A stretch of DNA of 64,000 nt from Gammaproteobacteria bacterium (GTDB lineage: Bacteria; Pseudomonadota; Gammaproteobacteria; SZUA-229). The notes under the pieces were generated by a model. That model had not been told where the DNA came from and searched no databases. It was given only the letters and a program-made list of their open reading frames with translations. Location of the stretch: contig JAPHSS010000022.1 in the NCBI GenBank assembly GCA_026195255.1, forward strand, positions 16,599 to 80,598, read 5' to 3'. Positions 27,963-35,923 of this stretch are shown piece by piece (within the stretch, counting starts at the first letter, position 1; each line of letters opens with the position of its first letter). A program made the translations under genes and the position numbers.

Positions 27963-29825
27963 CTATATTGAAATATTTTTAAGGTTGCGACCGCCATAAA
28001 ACAGGTTGACCAAAGCGCGGGTTCCCATAATGGCGGTAAACATAGATGTTAAAATTCCGATAGATAATGTAATAGCGAAACCTTTAATTGGCCCGGTTCC
28101 CAGACTAAATAAAACAATCGCTGCAATTAGTGTTGTCACATTAGCATCGGCAATGGTACTAAATGCTTTTTCATATCCGGCATGAATACTTGCCTGAGCA
28201 GAGTTACCTAAACGTAATTCTTCACGTATACGTTCAAAGATAAGTACATTTGCATCTACTGCCATACCCACTGTTAATACAATACCCGCTATACCAGGTA
28301 AAGTTAATGTGGCCTGCATTAAAGACAGAACGGCCGTTATTAGTATTAAGTTTGCCGTTAATGCAACATTGGCGATTAAACCAAAAGCGCGATAATAAAC
28401 AACCATAAATACCAGTACCAGACTAAACCCAATCATCACAGAATTAAAACCCTGTTCGATATTGTCTTTACCCAGGCTCGGGCCAACGGTACGTTCTTCT
28501 ACAATCTCAACCGGTGCTTTTAATGCACCAGCGCGTAACAACAGTGCAAGGTCCTTAGCTTCAAATGACTCAAGACCGGTGATTTGAAACTGTTTACTAA
28601 ACTGCCCCTGTATTGTTGCAATATTGATGACTTCTTCTTTGCGTGTTCTAACTTTAACTTTTTCACCATCAACCATTTTAGTAACAACCTTGTTTTCAAT
28701 GAAAACAACGGCCATTGGTTTTTTGATGTTATTACGGGTGGTTTCACCCATTTTTTTAGCACCCTTGCCATCCAGGCGAACACTTACTGCGGGAGAACCC
28801 GATTGTGTGTCAATTGTAGACGATGCACTATTGATCTGATCACCCGTTACAATGACTCGTCGCTTAAGTAAGACCGGGTCACCATTACGTTCATGGTAAA
28901 GTTTTGCGTTAATAGGTATAGCCCCACCACTTTCAGCTTCTTGCCAGTCTAGTCGAGTACCTTCTGTTAAACGAAACTCCAGTGTGGCTGTAGCCCCAAG
29001 AATATCTTTGGCACGGGCTGTGTCCTGCACACCGGGTAGCTGAACAACAATACGGCTTTCACCCTGTTGTTGAATAACGGGCTCTGCGACACCTAGTTCA
29101 TTTACACGATTACGTAATGTTGTGACGTTTTGTTGAATAGCTGACTTACGTTCTTCACGTAATGTTTTTTCGGTGATTTTAGCCAGAACAGTTAATGTTT
29201 TTTCTTTTTCTGTGAATTCTAAATCTCGAAATTGTGACTCTAATTTATCTGCGCCCTTTTCCAGACCGTCAGTGTCACGAAACTCAATTGATATTGTGCC
29301 ATCCGATGCTTTTACACCTCTATAACGTATTTTCTCTTCCCTTAGGAAAGTTCTCATCTCAGAAGTTAGATCTGACTCCATGTTTTCAACAACAGTTTGC
29401 ATATCTACTTCAAGTAGAAAATGTACACCGCCTCGTAAATCAAGTCCGAGGTACATTGGTAATGCGCGAAATGATTGTAACCAGGGTGGAGTTGCTGGGG
29501 CCAGATTCAGGGCAACGGTGTAATCACTGTTGCGGGTAATAAATTTGAAATCTTTAATTTGAGTTGCAGCAGTTAACTGGTTTTCAACAGAATTAAATCT
29601 GATTAACAGCTTGTTGTCCTTGAGCTCACTTGATTTTGTTTGTATATCGGCTTTTTTTAATAACTCGTCAATTTTAACTCTAGTGGCTTCATCTACTGTC
29701 TTGTTTCTGAGTGACACAAGTACTGAAGGATCTTCACCATATAAGTTTGGCGTGGCGTATATCCCACCTATCACGAGTACTACTATAAGTAGCAGGTATT
29801 TCCATAATGGGTACTGATTAATCAT
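27963..29825 (-). CDS. secD: Protein translocase subunit SecD
   Basis: LGLDLRGGVHFL, RNRVNELGVAEP, VQLPG, LLRAGAL, GMAVDANVLIFERIREE. Confidence 0.98.
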   Translation of the reverse strand: MINQYPLWKYLLLIVVLVIGGIYATPNLYGEDPSVLVSLRNKTVDEATRVKIDELLKKADIQTKSSELKDNKLLIRFNSVENQLTAATQIKDFKFITRNSDYTVALNLAPATPPWLQSFRALPMYLGLDLRGGVHFLLEVDMQTVVENMESDLTSEMRTFLREEKIRYRGVKASDGTISIEFRDTDGLEKGADKLESQFRDLEFTEKEKTLTVLAKITEKTLREERKSAIQQNVTTLRNRVNELGVAEPVIQQQGESRIVVQLPGVQDTARAKDILGATATLEFRLTEGTRLDWQEAESGGAIPINAKLYHERNGDPVLLKRRVIVTGDQINSASSTIDTQSGSPAVSVRLDGKGAKKMGETTRNNIKKPMAVVFIENKVVTKMVDGEKVKVRTRKEEVINIATIQGQFSKQFQITGLESFEAKDLALLLRAGALKAPVEIVEERTVGPSLGKDNIEQGFNSVMIGFSLVLVFMVVYYRAFGLIANVALTANLILITAVLSLMQATLTLPGIAGIVLTVGMAVDANVLIFERIREELRLGNSAQASIHAGYEKAFSTIADANVTTLIAAIVLFSLGTGPIKGFAITLSIGILTSMFTAIMGTRALVNLFYGGRNLKNISI

Positions 29826-29870
29826 TCTTATTGCCCGGTGTTTTTATATTTAGCGAATTCTATATTTTTC

Positions 29871-29906
29871 AGATATTTCAATGTGTGAGAGCACATTGAA
29901 ATATCT
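29871..29906. terminator. Hairpin between yajC and secD (terminator or mRNA stabiliser)
   Basis: agatatttcaatgtg-tgagag-cacattgaaatatct, 15-bp perfect arms. Confidence 0.55.
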
Positions 29907-29918
29907 TAATATTTATAA

Positions 29919-30254
29919 TTATTTTTGCTCTTTTATAGTGCCTTTGGGCATAAGTGAACCAACAGCAGATTTTTGTACTGTGATATTGACGTTTTCACTA
30001 ATTTCTAAAATTATAAAGCTGTCATTTACTTTTGTAATTTTTCCGAGGATTCCGCCTTGAGTTAAGACTTCATCACCCTTGCTAAGCGCTGAAACCATTG
30101 CTTTCTGTTCTTTGGCTCGTTTGCTTTGAGGACGTATTAGAAAGAAATAGAAAAGCACCAACAGGCCGATCGGAAAAAGTAATGCTGTAATCGGGTCGCC
30201 CTGTGAAGCAGCAGCGCCACCTTCAGCTAATGCATCAGATATAAAAAAACTCAT
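29919..30254 (-). CDS. yajC: Preprotein translocase subunit YajC
   Basis: FYFFLIRPQ.KR.KE, L.KGDEV.T.GG..G, PKGTIK; start ATG 30254 with GGAG RBS. Confidence 0.96.
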   Translation of the reverse strand: MSFFISDALAEGGAAASQGDPITALLFPIGLLVLFYFFLIRPQSKRAKEQKAMVSALSKGDEVLTQGGILGKITKVNDSFIILEISENVNITVQKSAVGSLMPKGTIKEQK

Positions 30255-30375
30255 AAAACTCTCCACCCTTACAGGGTTAAATAAATGTAATGTTAAATTG
30301 CGCGGTATTATGCCACTTTGCGGGCTTAACGTCAGCTGGGAATTCAATGAAATCCCTATAAATCAATCTTTTAAC

Positions 30376-31512
<1,137 letters not shown>

Positions 31513-31544
31513 TTAACCTGTTAATAAATATGTTTGTTTTGTTC

Positions 31545-31651
31545 AGTCTTAAGTCAGAAGTCGTGAGTCGTAAGTCAAAGCGGGTCTCCCTGCGGGAGAT
31601 GTTTTTTCTTTTGACTTACGACTTCAGACTTCAGACTTATGACTTACGACT
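31545..31651. repeat. Inverted arrays of 7-bp tandem repeats (AGTCNNN x5 / NNNGACT x6) around a small hairpin
   Basis: agtctta agtcaga agtcgtg agtcgta agtcaaa ... tctccc-tgc-gggaga ... tttgact tacgact tcagact tcagact tatgact tacgact. Confidence 0.85.
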
Positions 31652-32674
31652 TAAAGCCGTGTTTTCAAGAAACATAGCATCACCGTAACTAAAAAAACGG
31701 TACTTCTCTTTAACGGCGTGTTGATAGGTTTCCATCATTATTTTATGACCGGAGAATGCACTTACCAGCATTAATAAAGTCGATTGGGGTAAGTGGAAAT
31801 TAGTAACCATGGCATCAACCACTTTAAATTTATAACCCGGGTATATGAAAATCTGACTGTCCGCATGAAACTCTGCCAGTTCTCCATGCATTGCAGCAGA
31901 CTCAAGGCTTCTTACAGCGGTTGTACCAATTGCAATAACACGCCCACCTTCGGCTTTAGTCTGCTTGATTAACTCAACTACAGAAGCATCTACATCTATA
32001 TACTCCGCGTGCATATGATGGTCATTTATATCATCTACTCTTACGGGTTGAAACGTACCTGCTCCGACATGTAAAGTGACAAAAGCTGATTTAAGACCTT
32101 TCTTCGCCAGTTGCTCCAGCATATTCTGGTCAAAGTGAAGACCAGCTGTTGGCGCAGCCACAGCACCTGCATGTTTTGCGTAAACGGTTTGATAACGTTC
32201 CAGATCGCTGTGTTCATCAGCTCTATCTATATACGGGGGTAATGGCATATGCCCATATTGATCAAGTAATTCTAAAACACCTGTGTCACCTTCAAAGCGC
32301 AGTTTAAATAAATCCCCCTGACGCTCAAGCATTGTGGCATTTATAAATTGCTCGAGTATTAAACGAGCACCTGCCCTGGGAGATTTGCTTGCTCTAACGT
32401 GGGCTAACAGGTGATGATTGTCTAGAACTCGCTCTACGAGTACTTCAACCTTTCCACCTGATTCTTTCTGGCCATGTAAACGAGCAGGAATCACCCTGGT
32501 ATTGTTAAAAACCAGTAGATCCTTAGGTGATAACAATTCAGTCAAATCTGTAAATAAACGATCAGAAATAGTATCTCCGTTCAAATGCAGTAAACGGCTA
32601 GCGCTACGTTCTTTAAGAGGGTATTGAGCAATAAGCTCTTCAGGTAGGTGAAAATCAAAATCGGCAGTTTTCAT
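31637..32674 (-). CDS. queA: S-adenosylmethionine:tRNA ribosyltransferase-isomerase
   Basis: [64 protein letters not shown]; start ATG 32674. Confidence 0.99.
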   Translation of the reverse strand: MKTADFDFHLPEELIAQYPLKERSASRLLHLNGDTISDRLFTDLTELLSPKDLLVFNNTRVIPARLHGQKESGGKVEVLVERVLDNHHLLAHVRASKSPRAGARLILEQFINATMLERQGDLFKLRFEGDTGVLELLDQYGHMPLPPYIDRADEHSDLERYQTVYAKHAGAVAAPTAGLHFDQNMLEQLAKKGLKSAFVTLHVGAGTFQPVRVDDINDHHMHAEYIDVDASVVELIKQTKAEGGRVIAIGTTAVRSLESAAMHGELAEFHADSQIFIYPGYKFKVVDAMVTNFHLPQSTLLMLVSAFSGHKIMMETYQHAVKEKYRFFSYGDAMFLENTALSRKS

Positions 32675-32729
32675 GGCGCGGGAGTTTAACATAATCCCAA
32701 AGTACTGGAAAATCGGATAAGAGAATCCC

Positions 32730-32774
32730 TCTCCCATGCCTGTGCCAGACAAATGTCAGGCACAGGCCGGGAGA
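32730..32774. terminator. Hairpin downstream of the TonB-like gene
   Basis: tctccc..gcctgtgcc-agacaaatgtca-ggcacaggc..gggaga; no clear U tract. Confidence 0.45.
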
Positions 32775-32785
32775 TTAATGATTAG

Positions 32786-33742
32786 CTAGGAAGGTAAAAA
32801 CTCTATTGGGTAAGTAACTGTAACCTGCTCTACTTTCTTAGCGCCAAATTTGAATAGTTTAATACGGCTTAATAGACGTTTTTCAAGTTTAGGGTCACCC
32901 AGTTCGCTGGAAACGATTTTAACTTTAGTGACCACACCGCTTGGTGCAATAGTAATAGCAAGTACGATTTTACCCTTCAGGCCTGGGTTCTTTCGACGAG
33001 CACGGTTATATATAGAATATAATTTACTCTTATTCTGATCGAAGACAATAGTAATATCTTCTTCTGCTCGTACACCACCAGTTCGTGATTTACTCTTGCG
33101 CTCAGCATCACGGCCTTTAGCCAGTTGCCCTGAGGTTAATAAGGATTGTTTAACCTGCGTAATATCACGTTGAGATAGTTGTGTTTTACCTACACTGGTT
33201 GTGTATTCACTAGAATTAACACCGCCACTACCTTTGCTTGCATCAGCAGTTAACAGACCTTTATTATGGCTTGCTGCTTTTGTAGCAGAAGCTGAGCTAG
33301 ATTTAACTTTACCACCTACCATTGCACTTACATCTGAGGTGTCCATTAGATCAGCAAGCTCGTTACCCAGGGCAAGCAAACCTGTGTCAGCTGCTTTTTC
33401 TCGTGCTTTTTTCTGTGTTTTAGTTAATGGTTTTAATTTTTCTTTTTTCTTAGGTAATTTCTTTACCTTAGGTTTTGGTTTGACTATTGGTTTAGGTTTT
33501 GGCTTGGGTTTAACTACCTTAGGTTTCGGTTTTTCTTTTTTCTCAAGGATAAAATTAGCGATACGCTCAGGCACTGCCACTTTAGCTTCACGATCGGGTT
33601 CTGGCACATCAATGGACGATATAACAGCAGCAAATATTAAAGCAACCACGATCGTGATAGCTGTTATCAGTTTAAATTGAGAATCACCCGTTCCCTGTGG
33701 GCGCCAGCCTAATGCCAGCTGTTCGTAATACGCAGCAGACAC
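32786..33742 (-). CDS. TonB-like protein with AgmX/PglI-type C-terminal domain
   Basis: Single TM, VPERIA, KP repeats, C-terminal I..VFDQNK..LY.IYNRA.R.NP.L.GK.V..ITI.P.G.V...V.YPIEFLPS. Confidence 0.85.
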   Translation of the reverse strand: MSAAYYEQLALGWRPQGTGDSQFKLITAITIVVALIFAAVISSIDVPEPDREAKVAVPERIANFILEKKEKPKPKVVKPKPKPKPIVKPKPKVKKLPKKKEKLKPLTKTQKKAREKAADTGLLALGNELADLMDTSDVSAMVGGKVKSSSASATKAASHNKGLLTADASKGSGGVNSSEYTTSVGKTQLSQRDITQVKQSLLTSGQLAKGRDAERKSKSRTGGVRAEEDITIVFDQNKSKLYSIYNRARRKNPGLKGKIVLAITIAPSGVVTKVKIVSSELGDPKLEKRLLSRIKLFKFGAKKVEQVTVTYPIEFLPS

Positions 33743-34257
33743 TAGCTATTTTCCTCCGATGCCGGTTTTTGCATTGCTGCAAAGGCAATCTTTGTATAAT
33801 TGGCTTCACGACAGGTAGCTAATATTTTTCTTAACAACTCGTATGGAATATTTTCATCACCCATTATCGTCACCGCTTTACCTTTAATCTTTCCATCAGG
33901 GCTTTTAACTACGCGGGATTTAGATGATTGAAATTTAAGTTCCTTTTCGAGCCCGGCTATAAGTGGTGATGCATCTTGCATAATGGCGTTGATGATCGCT
34001 ACTTCTCTGCCCTGTACAAGAATACTTCGTTGTGTAACAGCAATAATTAATGTTTCTTTTGGTGCTTTAGTTGCTGTAGAAGTAGGTAAATTAATATCTT
34101 TTTTCTTCGGCAATTGATGAACATTAGATGAACTTACTAACAGGAAAAAAACCAGAATAGTAAATATATCCATTAATGAAACAAGATTTAATGCGGGCTG
34201 TTTACGACGTGCATGGTGACGTTCCATTCTTTTTGCACGTTTTGATTTTTTCATCAT
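33742..34257 (-). CDS. ExbD/TolR-family protein (retains TM Asp)
   Basis: LNLVSLMDIFTILVFFLL, LP.S, I.GD..IPY.LL..I..TC. Confidence 0.9.
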   Translation of the reverse strand: MMKKSKRAKRMERHHARRKQPALNLVSLMDIFTILVFFLLVSSSNVHQLPKKKDINLPTSTATKAPKETLIIAVTQRSILVQGREVAIINAIMQDASPLIAGLEKELKFQSSKSRVVKSPDGKIKGKAVTIMGDENIPYELLRKILATCREANYTKIAFAAMQKPASEENS

Positions 34258-34799
34258 TGTGCAGCACCTCCAATATTCGTAGTGTTTGCTGCAGGTGCAG
34301 CAGCTCCTACTAATTCAGGTGCATCACCAATGGAGATATTTGGAAATAATTCAACCGTGGTGACTTCAAATATCTGTACTATATCTGCATATCTAACTCT
34401 ATCCATAACCTTAATAAGAGTTTTATAGTTAATTTTTGGTTCTAGAAGTAATGTAATACTCTGCTCATCGGGGAAGCGGGCTTTGATTTCAACTAATATA
34501 TCGGTGAAGGTTTTCCAGTTTGTACTTTCTTCTGTTCGTGGGAAGTATTTAATGCGTCCGAGGTTAGCATCTCTTATTTCAAAACTGTCTTTACGTATAA
34601 CAAGCTCAAGTTGCAGTTTAATTTTTTCTTCCTGTTTAGCGATTGCACTTTTGGAAGGTAAATTAAGCTCAAGTACGGTTACACGTGAAAATACTGCTGT
34701 TATTAAAAGAAATGGAATTAGAATAACCATTAAATTTAAAAATGCAGTGATGTTTAATTCAACATCGTCACGTATGTGTTTTCGCCTGAGAAGTTTCAT
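34254..34799 (-). CDS. ExbD/TolR-family protein (TM Asp replaced by Asn)
   Basis: ELNITAFLNLMVILIPFLL.TAVF, LELNLP, Y..LI..MD.VR, ELFP.IS.GDAP. Confidence 0.88.
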   Translation of the reverse strand: MKLLRRKHIRDDVELNITAFLNLMVILIPFLLITAVFSRVTVLELNLPSKSAIAKQEEKIKLQLELVIRKDSFEIRDANLGRIKYFPRTEESTNWKTFTDILVEIKARFPDEQSITLLLEPKINYKTLIKVMDRVRYADIVQIFEVTTVELFPNISIGDAPELVGAAAPAANTTNIGGAAQ

Positions 34800-34852
34800 T
34801 CGTATCTCTTATACCCGTTTATTTGCTACTGGTTTTCAGATAAACCTTAAGA

Positions 34853-35470
34853 CTAGTCTTTAGCAATCAGGTTTAAACACTTCACAGCTGCCATTTCGAT
34901 GCTATCAACCAGACGTGCCGTTTTAGTAACCAGGTATGAATGAATCAGTATCAGCGGGATAGCAGCAACTAGTCCAAAAGCAGTTGTGTTCATCGCTACC
35001 GAAATACTGGCAGATAATAAATCAGCTTTTTCAGCAGGGTCAGCAGAGGCAACAGCTGTAAAGGCATCGATCAGGCCTATGATGGTACCCAGTAGGCCAA
35101 GCAGTGTTGCAATATTGGCATATGTTGCCAGGTAATGAGTTCTCTGTTCTAGTTCAGGCATCACTTCCATCATGCCTTCTTCCATTGCGGACTCTATATT
35201 TTCTCGTGGTGCATTTGTGTTTTTACGTGCAAAGCCATAATTCAACATTGTCGATAATGGTGTTTTAACCGCTTCGGTTAATTTCATTGCACGGGCATAA
35301 TCTTCAGCTTTTAACATAGGTACAAGTTGTTCCCATACCTTTTTAGTTCTACCCTGTGTTTTAGTAATATAGAGGAATCGCTCAATTGCTATGGCGAGAC
35401 CAATTGCTAATACCACCAGGATGATATACATAAATGTACCACCGTCTTGAAAAAAGCCTACAAAACCCAT
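34853..35470 (-). CDS. MotA/TolQ/ExbB proton-channel protein
   Basis: FFQDGG.FM, IAIER, N.ATLLGLLGTIIGLI.AF, IS.AMNTTAFGL..AIP; start ATG 35470 with GGGGA RBS. Confidence 0.94.
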   Translation of the reverse strand: MGFVGFFQDGGTFMYIILVVLAIGLAIAIERFLYITKTQGRTKKVWEQLVPMLKAEDYARAMKLTEAVKTPLSTMLNYGFARKNTNAPRENIESAMEEGMMEVMPELEQRTHYLATYANIATLLGLLGTIIGLIDAFTAVASADPAEKADLLSASISVAMNTTAFGLVAAIPLILIHSYLVTKTARLVDSIEMAAVKCLNLIAKD

Positions 35471-35665
35471 GTGAATCCCCTTTGAAATCAAATTTTTGCC
35501 AATTCTATAGCCTTTTACAGGCTCGGCAAACTATTAATTAGCTATAAAGTAAATATACCCGTAATTCTGACAACAGTATGTTGAAAAATACGCGCAGATT
35601 ATATGTCTACTCTATTTATAAACAGCTAAATCAGCTGCGTATAATACAGTAATAAAGAATAAAAT

Positions 35666-35923
35666 TTAGTCATCAACATCACTATTTTTAAAGAATGCGA
35701 TGGTCTTCATAAAAACCGATGAGTCTTCTACAGGTTTTTCAGTATTGTCTGTATTAGTATCAAGCTGGTTGCCGTCAATTCTGCGGCCATTAAACTCTTC
35801 ATCAATCTTGTCAATTATTAATTTACGTTGAGATCGGTATTCATCTAAACGAATATGGTTTTGATAATAATCTTTTGAGAGCTCTCTTAATTTTGTTGAA
35901 TAACTGATATCACTCATCACCAT
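35666..35923 (-). CDS. Small hypothetical protein coupled to the kinase gene
   Basis: 85 aa; TAATG stop/start overlap with ppkA; helical N-terminus L..LS..Y....I...EYR.QRK.I.D.ID. Confidence 0.75.
   Translation of the reverse strand: MVMSDISYSTKLRELSKDYYQNHIRLDEYRSQRKLIIDKIDEEFNGRRIDGNQLDTNTDNTEKPVEDSSVFMKTIAFFKNSDVDD

Noticed and set aside
31545-31651. CRISPR array
   Set aside because: Units are 7 bp without unique spacers; no cas genes in the window
32675-32752. N-terminal extensions in the ORF track (queA; likewise cbbL, BNR protein, yajC, pppA, IscA-family gene)
   Set aside because: Downstream ATGs match family N-termini and mostly have an RBS or stop-start coupling
32675-32785. tRNA gene next to queA (a common arrangement) or an att site for the T6SS region
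   Set aside because: Only one hairpin; no cloverleaf, T-loop GTTC or CCA; no integrase or flanking direct repeat seen
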